64,000 bases of DNA from Halobacteriovoraceae bacterium (GTDB lineage Bacteria > Bdellovibrionota > Bacteriovoracia > Bacteriovoracales > Bacteriovoracaceae). Within the stretch, counting starts at the first letter, position 1. Every line of letters starts with the position of its first letter. Below the pieces are notes generated by a model that had not been told where the DNA came from, made no database searches, and saw only the letters and a list, made by a program, of their open reading frames with translations. The translations under genes were made by a program, and so were the position numbers. Shown one piece after another: positions 10,341-19,707 of the stretch. Location: positions 64,001 through 128,000 of the forward strand of contig CAVRCF010000003.1 of NCBI GenBank assembly GCA_963719505.1. The letters run 5' to 3'.

Positions 10341-10931
10341 CTAGATTGAGAAGATATTCCAATTTCTTTTGTCGGTTTTGTCTCTGCGATAGCTATTGTA
10401 GTGGAGATTTTCAAAAGTACACTGTGCGCAATTTATGGTGTAGATACCAGGGAAATTTATATTGAGTTGCTTCATGGCTTCAGCTTGAAGATTAAAAGTT
10501 AATTGATGCTTTTGCTCAAAAAAACCGGAAGAGTTTTGAAAATGATCCTTAAACTCTTTAGTAACAATAAAATTGCGAGCACTAATAGAGGGTCCTATAA
10601 ATGCTACCGTGGGTTTTATTTGTGCGAGCTTTTTACTGGCAATAATTTTATTGGCCAAGCCTCTCCATCCGGCGTGAAGGAGAGCGACCTTTTCTTCACC
10701 AAAAAGAAGAATTGGTAAGCAATCGGCTGTCTTTATGGCAAAATGATATTCTTTTGCTTGAGATTTACTAAAAATAACTCCATCACACTCGGACAAAGTC
10801 TCTGAAGGATCAAACTCTAAGACAATATTAGAGTGAGTTTGTTGAAGTGATATAAGTTTTTTAAAGTCAGGTTTGTCGTTATAGACCTTAAACGATCCCA
10901 TATCAAAACTATGCTCAAAAATTTGTTCCAT
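10341..10931 (-). CDS. pgeF: YfiH/PgeF polyphenol-oxidase-like protein
   Basis: QTHS, TADCLPI, HAGWRG, IGPSI, SYRR; canonical position after rluD. Confidence 0.88.
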   Translation of the reverse strand: MEQIFEHSFDMGSFKVYNDKPDFKKLISLQQTHSNIVLEFDPSETLSECDGVIFSKSQAKEYHFAIKTADCLPILLFGEEKVALLHAGWRGLANKIIASKKLAQIKPTVAFIGPSISARNFIVTKEFKDHFQNSSGFFEQKHQLTFNLQAEAMKQLNINFPGIYTINCAQCTFENLHYNSYRRDKTDKRNWNIFSI

Positions 10932-11886
10932 TCTTTTTCTCTTTTAATGCTTGTAGCATCTTTTTGAATACAGTTGGGGGCTCTACTTCAAAGCGCAGAG
11001 CCTCTTTTGTTATGGGGTGAATAAAACCTAACACTTTTGCGTGGAGAAGAGGGTGCTCATAGTCCTTTAAAAGGGTCTTCATTTCAGAATTAAATCTGAG
11101 CTTTTCTTCTTTTTCTCTGCCATACATTGGGTCGTTTACTATAGGTGAATTTAAAAGCTCTGATAAATGAACTCTTATCTGATGTGTTCTTCCTGTTTCC
11201 AACTTGAGTTCGCAGTGTGAAAAATGATCGTAAAACTCAAGGACTCTCATATGGGTAATGGCGTTTTTACCTTGAGTCACTTGGGTCGACATCTTTAATC
11301 TATTCGTGGGATGTCTTGCAATTAAAGATTCTAGTTTTTTGTTGGACTCTAGTCTAACACCTAAGACAATGGCTTCATAGAACCTCTCTATATCGTGTTT
11401 GCTAAAGAGCTCAACAAGTCCTTCATGGGCTTTTTGACTTTTGGCGACAACCATAATTCCGCTGGTGCCTTTATCAAGTCTATGAACAATCCCTGGTCTT
11501 TTTTCATTCCCAATTCCAGAAAGGTTTGGACAGTGAAATAAAACAGCATTAACTAAGGTTCCATCGGGATTTCCAGGGGCTGGGTGAACCACAAGTCCAG
11601 CCTGTTTATTAATAATTAATAGATGATCGTCTTCAAACAAAATCTCTAGTGGAATTTCTTGCGGTTTTATATCTGTATCTTTAAGCTCTGGCGTTTTAAA
11701 GATAATCGTCGTTCCGGTGTCGGGTAGTTTTTTTAGATTTAACTGCTCGTTACTTATAAAGAGTCCATTGATAAAATGCTTCTTTATAAGTGATCGACTG
11801 ATATCGGGAAGTTTTTCACTAAGATAGGTATCGAGTCTTTTATGACTTTCTTTGTCTTGATCATTAATTGTAAAACTTAGATCCAT
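10915..11886 (-). CDS. rluD: RluA/RluD pseudouridine synthase
   Basis: S4-like RLD, NKQAGLVVHP, HRLDKGTSG, TGRTHQIRVH, LHAKVLGFIHP. Confidence 0.92.
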   Translation of the reverse strand: MDLSFTINDQDKESHKRLDTYLSEKLPDISRSLIKKHFINGLFISNEQLNLKKLPDTGTTIIFKTPELKDTDIKPQEIPLEILFEDDHLLIINKQAGLVVHPAPGNPDGTLVNAVLFHCPNLSGIGNEKRPGIVHRLDKGTSGIMVVAKSQKAHEGLVELFSKHDIERFYEAIVLGVRLESNKKLESLIARHPTNRLKMSTQVTQGKNAITHMRVLEFYDHFSHCELKLETGRTHQIRVHLSELLNSPIVNDPMYGREKEEKLRFNSEMKTLLKDYEHPLLHAKVLGFIHPITKEALRFEVEPPTVFKKMLQALKEKKNGTNF

Positions 11887-11894
11887 CTCGCTTT

Positions 11895-12668
11895 TTATTG
11901 GTTAGCTTGAGCTTTTAACTGTCTCACGTGGTGCAGATAGCTTGTCGCAGCTAACTCAGGATTAAGCTTAAGAGTTTTTGCGTATTGGTAAACAAACCCT
12001 CTAGTATAGACATCCGCTGGTAGTTTTGAGTACTCATCGCTTTCAATATTTTTGATATAAGTTTTAGAGATTCGAGTCATATCTGCGAGTCTTTCAATAG
12101 AGACATTTTTATATTCTCGAACTTTCTTGAGAAATGCTCCATTGTACTCTGTTGTGTTCTCTATTTCTGTTTCAACACTTGGAACGACATCATAGTTTAG
12201 TCCAAACTTTTTAAAAGCTTGAACCTTTGACACGGAGACTTGATTTCTGTTTGAGTGTTCTTGGTTGTATTTGAACTGCTCTCTTTGCTCTTCTTGTTTC
12301 ATATCAAATGAATCAGAACTAGCATTATTCGTTTCGCTGATCAGATCACTAAGAGAGTTTTGAGGTTGATAGTCCGGTCTTTTCATAAACTCTTCTTGAA
12401 AGCCTTCGGGAGTATTATTTTGGTTTAAACCTTTTACTTTGTCATACTCTAGTCTTTTATCAGCCACACCAAGAACAGAATAAGCTTCTTCTATTTGGCT
12501 AAGAATTTGTTCGCACTCATGTTGAGTCATTAAAGAGTAGAGGGCTGCACTATCCCCTGAGTATGCATTCTTTGCTCGAACATAAGCATTATGTATTTCT
12601 TGAAGAGTTGCATTTGTTTGCGTCTCAAGAATATCGTAGTAGTTTTTATTGTCGCTTAAATTTGTCAT
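11895..12668 (-). CDS. Degenerate J-domain + RodZ-type HTH protein
   Basis: NYYDIL...IEEAYSVL...RLEYD (J-like, HPD replaced by SGD); C-terminal 'GAFLKKVRE...YIKNIE...LPADVYTRGFV..YA..L'. Confidence 0.75.
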   Translation of the reverse strand: MTNLSDNKNYYDILETQTNATLQEIHNAYVRAKNAYSGDSAALYSLMTQHECEQILSQIEEAYSVLGVADKRLEYDKVKGLNQNNTPEGFQEEFMKRPDYQPQNSLSDLISETNNASSDSFDMKQEEQREQFKYNQEHSNRNQVSVSKVQAFKKFGLNYDVVPSVETEIENTTEYNGAFLKKVREYKNVSIERLADMTRISKTYIKNIESDEYSKLPADVYTRGFVYQYAKTLKLNPELAATSYLHHVRQLKAQANQ

Positions 12669-12672
12669 TTTA

Positions 12673-13620
12673 TTATCCCATCTCTATGAGTTTATGCACG
12701 ATTTTATCAAAATTATTTACAAGGCGAGAATTTGGGAATTCCATCAATAAGGGCTTTCTCTTTTTCACACTTTGCCAAACGCTTGGATCGTAGTCTAGAT
12801 ATCCTGCATAATCGATGTCTATACCAAAATATCTTTTGCAAACACTTTGAATAGAGAACCCGATATCAATATCATTTTGACCACGAATCTGATTCATAAT
12901 AATTTTAGGTTTAAACTTACTAATTTCAGCTTTTAATTTCATTCCCATTGTTGGGTTAATTTCAATAACACGTCTTACAAGATCTACCGGAGTGCTTTGT
13001 GCTGTCGAAATTTTTGAGTTCATTGCTTGATTAATAAGAGGTTGTATGTCGAGAAGATCTTCAATCATTTTTAATCGTCTGTGGTAAACCGACTTGATAA
13101 AACGGTAAGTATTCTCAATTGAAGTAGGCTCAGGTAAAATAACGAGAACACCTTTGTCTGCTGAGATAAAAAAGTCGAGCGTATTAAAAGTTGTACCAGC
13201 CCCTAAGTCTAACAAAACGTAATCAGCATCCAGCTCATTGAGCTTGGATAGAATTTTATTCTTATGCATTTGTTTAAGGTTGGCTATTCCAAGGTCATCC
13301 TGAGCTCCTGAGATTATTTGGAGATTTTTAATAGGTGTTGGAACCAGAAGATCTTTTAAACTTGGAACTTTTTTTGAGATATAATCTGAAAGTGTTTTTT
13401 CAGGAATAGGTATTCCTAAACAGGTGTGCATATTTGCTCCACCTAGATCAAGGTCTACAGTTACTACTTTATAACCCATAAGGGCTAAGCAGATAGAAGT
13501 ATTGGCCGTTACAAGGCTTTTTCCAACTCCACCTTTTCCACCACCAATGGCCCAAACTTTACAGTTTCTTCCATTTCCAAGCAGTGAATTGTTTTTATTT
13601 AGTTCGTCAGCTATGTTCAT
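12673..13620 (-). CDS. MinD/FlhG(FleN)-like ATPase
   Basis: Deviant Walker A GGKGGVGKS, DLDLGGAN, DLGAG, PEPTSIENTY. Confidence 0.85.
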   Translation of the reverse strand: MNIADELNKNNSLLGNGRNCKVWAIGGGKGGVGKSLVTANTSICLALMGYKVVTVDLDLGGANMHTCLGIPIPEKTLSDYISKKVPSLKDLLVPTPIKNLQIISGAQDDLGIANLKQMHKNKILSKLNELDADYVLLDLGAGTTFNTLDFFISADKGVLVILPEPTSIENTYRFIKSVYHRRLKMIEDLLDIQPLINQAMNSKISTAQSTPVDLVRRVIEINPTMGMKLKAEISKFKPKIIMNQIRGQNDIDIGFSIQSVCKRYFGIDIDYAGYLDYDPSVWQSVKKRKPLLMEFPNSRLVNNFDKIVHKLIEMG

Positions 13621-13712
13621 ATTATAAGTTGTTGATTTTCCATTAAATATTAGTATATATATCTAACGTTATTATAGGTTCTTTTCTCCGTTTTGAAAGA
13701 GATAAAATCACT

Positions 13713-13739
13713 TAAGATAGAGAACAAAGTAGCCGACAA
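13713..13739 (+). promoter_or_regulatory. Putative sigma28 (FliA) promoter
   Basis: TAAG-N15-GCCGACAA versus consensus TAAA-N15-GCCGATAA. Confidence 0.6.
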
Positions 13740-13766
13740 GGAAAGTACACTAATTTTAGGACTATT

Positions 13767-14414
13767 ATGAATTTAAATGTAAGCAAGCTAGCAAGAAGAA
13801 CTGATCTCCATATGCTGAGAAAAATTTGGCATATTGTTTTTGGTTCTATCTGTCTTTTTATCTATAAATCTATGGATGTGGAAATAACGTTCTGGGGATA
13901 TTTTGCAACCTTCTTTGCTATTGGTGGGTTTGCGATGGACCTTGTTCGTCTCAATAATAAAAAGATAAACAAAATTGTTCTTAAAGTCATGGGCCCCGTT
14001 ATGAGGCAATCAGAGGCGAAGAGCTTCTCTGGGCTTCCATTTTATGCACTTGGTGTTGGGCTCTCAATTTTATTTTTTAAAGAAGATATCGCCGTTCTCT
14101 CGATTATGTTTTTAGTTTTTGCCGATCCGATTGCCTCTTTTGTAGGTGTTAATTATGGTCGCGATAAAATCCTGCCCAACAAGTCTCTTCAAGGAGCAGT
14201 GGCCTCTTTTATCACTTGCGTATTCATTACCATTTTTTATTTTTATCAAGTTGAAATTTCCGATTTAAATCTTATCCTTTTCTCTTTGGCCGCAGGCTTA
14301 ATTGGTTGTCTCTCAGAGTTAGCGAGTGCATTCAATATTGATGATAACCTGACTATTCCAGTTCTTTCTGGTGCTGGTCTTACTCTTATTAATGGTCTTT
14401 TGGGAATATTCTAA
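13767..14414 (+). CDS. CTP-dependent diacylglycerol/polyprenol (phytol/dolichol) kinase family
   Basis: RKIWH, 'ADPIASFVG..YG', KSLQG, IDDNLTIP; multi-TM. Confidence 0.82.
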   Translation: MNLNVSKLARRTDLHMLRKIWHIVFGSICLFIYKSMDVEITFWGYFATFFAIGGFAMDLVRLNNKKINKIVLKVMGPVMRQSEAKSFSGLPFYALGVGLSILFFKEDIAVLSIMFLVFADPIASFVGVNYGRDKILPNKSLQGAVASFITCVFITIFYFYQVEISDLNLILFSLAAGLIGCLSELASAFNIDDNLTIPVLSGAGLTLINGLLGIF

Positions 14415-14422
14415 AGTCTTAT

Positions 14423-14449
14423 TAAATAAATTTAAGTTTTTGTCGATAA
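14423..14449 (+). promoter_or_regulatory. Putative sigma28 (FliA) promoter
   Basis: TAAA-N15-GTCGATAA, one mismatch to consensus. Confidence 0.6.
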
Positions 14450-14452
14450 GGA

Positions 14453-14740
14453 ATGAGTATGGCAACAACTAAAGAATGCACAATCTGCAAACATATTGGA
14501 AAGAGAAGTACAGACCAGGCTGATCCAGAGGCCGGTTTCCTATTCAACGATATAGAGCATCCTTCAACAATTCAGATTAGACTTTGCCGCTCTCATTCAG
14601 TAGAGCTTTTTAAGATTGGTCAAAAAAAGTTTTTGCTTGAGTATCACCATATTTTACATGATCTCGTTAACTCAGATGAAATGGAATTTATTAAGCTTCT
14701 TGATCGAGTAGTCAAAAAGAATTTAGACGCAATATACTAA
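14453..14740 (+). CDS. Small hypothetical protein, possible Zn-binding (CxxC...CxxH)
   Basis: CTIC and CRSH motifs; fills the intergenic space. Confidence 0.6.
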   Translation: MSMATTKECTICKHIGKRSTDQADPEAGFLFNDIEHPSTIQIRLCRSHSVELFKIGQKKFLLEYHHILHDLVNSDEMEFIKLLDRVVKKNLDAIY

Positions 14741-14835
14741 GCAACTAGTATCTCGTAAAACTCAATAAAATTTAAAGAATTTTTCACTTCAGATGTCAGA
14801 CTATTTTAAAAAATATTCTCTGGCCGTAATGCCAA

Positions 14836-14911
14836 TTGACACTTATTCTTAAACTACACAATATGTAGACGAACAAAACGATTCTGACACAAGAACAACA
14901 CAATATGTAGA
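14836..14911 (+). promoter_or_regulatory. nrdB promoter (-35 TTGACA) with two tandem NrdR boxes
   Basis: TTGACA at 14836-41; identical ACACAATATGTAGA at 14856-69 and 14898-911 (42 bp apart), matching NrdR consensus acaCwAtATaTwG. Confidence 0.8.
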
Positions 14912-14964
14912 TTAGAAAGTCAAAAGAACGACAAAAAATTGACAGTAGCGGAGAGAGGCTTACG

Positions 14965-15944
14965 ATGACGAAAGAAGTATTACTCGACAAAAGTAACGAC
15001 AGGTTTGTTTTATTCCCAATTAAGTACGATGACATTTGGGAGATGTACAAAAAAGCAATGGCATCATTTTGGACGGCAGAAGAGATTGATCTTTATCAAG
15101 ACCTTGATGATTGGAACAATAAACTGAATGATGACGAAAGACATTACATCAAACACATCCTCGCTTTCTTTAGCGCTAGTGATGGAATTGTTAATGAGAA
15201 TTTATGCCTACGTTTTTATAACGATGTTCAGATTCCGGAGGCGAGATGCTTCTATGGTTTTCAAATCGCTATGGAAAATATTCATGCAGAAACTTATGGT
15301 CTTTTGATTGATACTTATATTAAAGATCCAAAAGAGAAAGATTATCTCTTTAATGCTATCGACAATATTCCTTGTATTAAAAAGAAAGCCGACTGGGCTA
15401 TAAAATGGATTTATGGACAAGATGACTTTGCTCTAGACTTTTAGCTTTTGCTGCTATCGAGGGAATCTTCTTCTCAGGATCTTTTTGTTCAATCTTTTGG
15501 TTGAAAAAACGTGGTCTAATGCCAGGTCTAACTTTCTCTAATGAGTTAATCTCAAGAGATGAAGGTCTTCACACTGACTTTGCTTGTCTTCTTTATAGAT
15601 ATATTCAAGACAAACCATCTAAGGAAAAAGTTCTAAGCCTCATTAGAGAAGCAGTTGAGTTTGAGCAAGAATTTATCACGGAAGCACTTCCGGTATCTCT
15701 TATTGGGATGAACTGCGGATAGATGAACGATTATGTTGAGTTTGTTGCTGACAGACTTCTTGGTGAAATTGGTATGGAGCCAATCTACGGTTCAAAAAAT
15801 CCATTTGACTGGATGGAGTTAATTTCTCTTCAAGGTAAAACAAACTTTTTTGAAAAAAGAGTTTCTGAATACCAAAAAGCAGGAGTTATGAACTCAGTTA
15901 GGTGATCGGTATGACTTTGACTTTCAATGGACGCAGATTTTTAA
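14965..15944 (+). pseudogene. nrdB: Ribonucleotide reductase class Ia beta subunit, interrupted (frameshift ~15433, in-frame TAG 15720-22, disrupted C-terminus ~15900-15922)
   Basis: [14 protein letters not shown], then shifted [30 protein letters not shown] and terminal MDADF* at 15944; may be sequencing error. Confidence 0.85.
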
Positions 15945-15977
15945 CTCAATTAAAAATAATTAAATAAGGAAATAAAA

Positions 15978-18300
15978 ATGTTTGTTATTACAAGATCAGG
16001 AAAAAAAGAAACAGTAAAATTTGATAAAATTACTCATAGAATTCAAAAACTAACTTACGGTCTAGATACATTTTTTGTTGATCCAATGGAAGTTGCTAAA
16101 AAAACAATTCAAGGATTGTTTGATGGAATTACAACTGATGAATTAGATAATCTTTCAGCGGAGGTTGCAGCCTACTTATCAAGCGTGCACCCGGACTATT
16201 CTAGATTAGCCTCAAGAATCTCAATGAGTAATCTTCATAGAAATACGAGTGATTCATTTTTAGAAACAGTTGAGAAGTTAGAAGAATCAATTGATGAAAA
16301 AGTTATAGAACTGGCAAAGAAATATAAAGATAGAATTTCTGCTGAAATCGCTTACTCAAGAGATTTTGAATACGATTACTTTGGATTCAAAACACTTGAG
16401 AGAGCCTACCTTCTTAAAAAAGATGGGAAGATTGTTGAGCGTCCTCAGCATATGCTGATGAGAGTTGGACTTGGAATTCACGGAGAAGATATTGAGTCAG
16501 CAATTGAGACTTACCACCTTCTTTCTCAGAAGTGGTTTACTCATGCGACGCCGACACTTTTTAATGCCGGGACAAAGAAGCCACAAATGTCTTCATGTTT
16601 TCTTTTAACAATGAAAGACGACTCTATTGATGGAATTTACGATACTTTAAAACAATGCGCACTAATCTCTCAATCTGCAGGGGGAATTGGTCTAACCATT
16701 CACGATATTCGTGCAAAAGGTAGTTTTATCAAGGGAACCAATGGTACATCGAATGGAATCGTTCCGATGCTAAAAGTTTTTAACGATACTGCCAGATATG
16801 TTGATCAAGGTGGTGGAAAGAGAAAAGGATCTTTCGCTATTTATCTAGAGCCATGGCATGCTGATATCCATGACTTTTTAGATCTTAAGAAAAACTTTGG
16901 TAAAGAAGAAATGAGAGCAAGAGATTTATTTTATGCTCTATGGATTAACGACTTATTTATGGAAAGAGTTGAAGCGGACGCTCAGTGGTCTCTTTTCTGT
17001 CCAAACGAAGCTAAGGGCTTAGCTGATACCTATGGTAAAGAGTTTAATGCTCTTTATGAGAAGTATGAAAAAGAGGGCAGTGCTAAGAGAAAGTGTAAGT
17101 GCAAGAAAACTTTGGTATACAATCTTAGAATCTCAAGTTGAAACAGGTTCTCCGTTTATGCTTTATAAAGATGCAGCAAATGAGAAATCAAATCAAAAGA
17201 ACTTAGGAACTATTAAATCAAGTAACCTGTGTACAGAAATTATTCAATACACAAGTGATAAAGAAGTTGCTGTTTGTAATCTAGCTTCAATTGCTCTTCC
17301 AATGTTTGTTGAAGATGGAAAGTATAATTTTGAAAAGCTATTTGATATTACAAAAACAATTACAAAAAACTTAAATAAGGTTATTGATGTTAATTACTAT
17401 CCAGTAAAAGAAGCAGAATATTCTAACCTAAAAAATCGTCCGATTGGTATTGGTGTTCAAGGACTTGCAGATACTTTCGCAATGTTGAGAATGCCATTTG
17501 AATCGGATGAGGCGAAGCTTTTAAACCAAGAAATTTTCGAAACAATTTATTTTGCAAGTTTAACAGCTTCAAATGAATTAGCTGAAAAAGATGGAGCTTA
17601 CGAGTCTTACCCAGGGAGTCCAGTATCACAAGGAATTCTTCAGTATGATATGTGGGGAGTTAAGCCAACTGATATGTGGAACTGGGAAGAGTTAAAGAAA
17701 AAGATCTCTTTGCATGGAACGAGAAATTCACTTCTTTTAGCTCCAATGCCTACTGCTAGTACATCTCAGATCCTTGGAAATAACGAATGTATTGAGCCTT
17801 TTACTTCAAACATTTATACAAGAAGAGTTCTAAGTGGAGAGTTTACTGTCGTTAATAAATATTTAATCGAAGATCTTATTAAGTTGGATCTTTGGAATGA
17901 CTCAATGAAAAATAGAGTTATTGAGGCAAACGGATCTGTTCAAGCAATTGAAGAAATTCCTGCAGATCTTAAAGAGCTTTATAAAACTGTTTGGGAAATT
18001 AAGCAAAAGAGAATTCTTGAGATGGCAGCAGATCGTGGAGCATTTATCGATCAGTCTCAATCTCTCAATATTCATATGACAGATGTAAATATGGGTAAAT
18101 TGAGTTCGATGCATTTTTATGCATGGAAAAGTGGCTTAAAGACTGGAATGTATTACTTGAGAACCAAAGCTGCTGCTGATGCAATTAAGTTCACAGTTCA
18201 GAAAACGGAGAAAACTCCAACTGCTGAAGCTATGACTACGGAAGAGGCCATGATGTGTAGTCTGGATAATCCAGATGACTGCATCGCTTGTGGAAGTTAA
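15978..18300 (+). pseudogene. nrdA: Ribonucleotide reductase class Ia alpha subunit with ATP-cone, one frameshift at ~17080-17092
   Basis: ATP cone, [35 protein letters not shown]-terminal CIAC; split across two overlapping ORFs; may be sequencing error. Confidence 0.88.
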
Positions 18301-18327
18301 ATTTCAAATCATTAACAAATAAATTCG

Positions 18328-18358
18328 GCCTGAAACAATCTGTTTCGGGCTTTTTTTT
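18328..18358 (+). terminator. Rho-independent terminator after nrdA
   Basis: GCCTGAAACA-atc-TGTTTCGGGC followed by T8. Confidence 0.85.
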
Positions 18359-18501
18359 AAGTCCTTGATTACACATTGAATTGATTATGTATAAACTTCA
18401 CTGCTTAAGTCTAAGCATCTCTTTTTTCTCAATTTCTGCTAAGAGAGCATTAGAATCATTCGCAAAATGATAAAGACCTTACCCCTCCCAAGGAGAAACA
18501 A

Positions 18502-19656
18502 ATGATTAAAGCAAAATCCCTGATTGTTTTTACAACCGCTTTTATCTCTATGAATTCGTTCGCACTCGTTTGCCAGACGGATATGGTTAGAGCAAATGGA
18601 AATATTATAGACTCCTTCTACGGAGAAGGTTTCTCCGAACAAGAGGCTTGTAAAGAAGCAAGAAAAGAATGTAGCAAGGCCCTAAGACTTGGAGATAGAG
18701 CTGGCCAATTTCCAAATGCACAATGTGTTTTGATTGGAGTTGTTGGTTCTGGTGGAACGACGAATCCTCTTCCAAATCCGACACCGATTCCTACTCCGGT
18801 ACCAACACCAAACCCATACCCAACTCAACCTCATGGACAATTTGATTACCAACTTGACCAAATCGAAAGAGATATAAGCACTGGTGGTTGGCAAAGAAGA
18901 AGATATGCAGTTGAAGAATTGACAAAATACCCAGCTCCAAGAGCGATCAGTATCGCTATTAAAGCTATGGGAGATTCAGATAGTGATGTTAGAAATTCTG
19001 CGAGTAGAGTTTTAAATGAACTTCCAAGACTAATGGACCTCAGCTACAATGCACTTGAAATTCTAAACCTCGTTACTCCAACATTAAAAAATGGTGGATG
19101 GATGGCCAGACAAGCGGCTGCAAAACTTATTGGAAAACTCCAAACAGCTCAAGGGATTATTCCTCTTCTTAGCTCAATGGGTGATTCAGACAGTGACGTT
19201 CGTACTGCTTCTTATAATTCATTAAATACGCTAAAGCAGTCTTATGACTTTCAAGAAGTTATGAGAAGTAACAAACATGTAATGGAGCAAATCTTAGGTT
19301 CAAGTACATGGACTGCTCGTCAAATGGTTGTTCGCTTGATTGGTGAATCTCAAGTCAATCGATATATTGATACTGTTGTCGCTGCAATGGGAGATTCTGA
19401 TTCTGACGTAAGAACAGCTGCCTATAATGCTATTCGTAAAATTACTCAGTCGAGAAACTATACGAACTTAAGTATCAACCTTATTAATAAGCTTGGACAA
19501 TATTCTCAGGGTGGCTCTTGGATGGTAAGACAGCAAGCAGTATTCGCTCTAGGTGAGACAAGAAACTATGCGGCTAGAAATTTTGTTATTAGAGCACTTG
19601 ATGACAATGACTCTGACGTAAGAACAGCTGCTAGAAACGCTCTTAATAAAATTTAG
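18502..19656 (+). CDS. Secreted HEAT/PBS-lyase-repeat protein with Cys-rich N-domain and Pro/Thr linker
   Basis: Signal peptide; PNPTPIPTPVPTPNP linker; four ~70-aa repeats containing W..R..A and (G/D)D(S/N)DSDVR. Confidence 0.8.
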   Translation: MIKAKSLIVFTTAFISMNSFALVCQTDMVRANGNIIDSFYGEGFSEQEACKEARKECSKALRLGDRAGQFPNAQCVLIGVVGSGGTTNPLPNPTPIPTPVPTPNPYPTQPHGQFDYQLDQIERDISTGGWQRRRYAVEELTKYPAPRAISIAIKAMGDSDSDVRNSASRVLNELPRLMDLSYNALEILNLVTPTLKNGGWMARQAAAKLIGKLQTAQGIIPLLSSMGDSDSDVRTASYNSLNTLKQSYDFQEVMRSNKHVMEQILGSSTWTARQMVVRLIGESQVNRYIDTVVAAMGDSDSDVRTAAYNAIRKITQSRNYTNLSINLINKLGQYSQGGSWMVRQQAVFALGETRNYAARNFVIRALDDNDSDVRTAARNALNKI

Positions 19657-19681
19657 TTTTATTTAAATTCTGCAAATAAAT

Positions 19682-19707
19682 AAGCCCCATAAAATGGGGC
19701 TTTTTTT
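19682..19707. terminator. Probable bidirectional terminator between HEAT gene and acs
   Basis: AAGCCCCAT-aaa-ATGGGGCTT followed by T-run, A-rich on the left; convergent genes. Confidence 0.85.

Noticed and set aside
15420-17141. Programmed frameshifting or stop-codon recoding in nrdB/nrdA
   Set aside because: The lesions are of mixed type, I saw no slippery heptamer with a downstream structure, and TAG/TGA act as normal stops elsewhere in the window; error or decay is simpler
18766-18830. CCAA/CCGA-rich low-complexity DNA
   Set aside because: Encodes the Pro/Thr linker of the HEAT protein; not an independent repeat element
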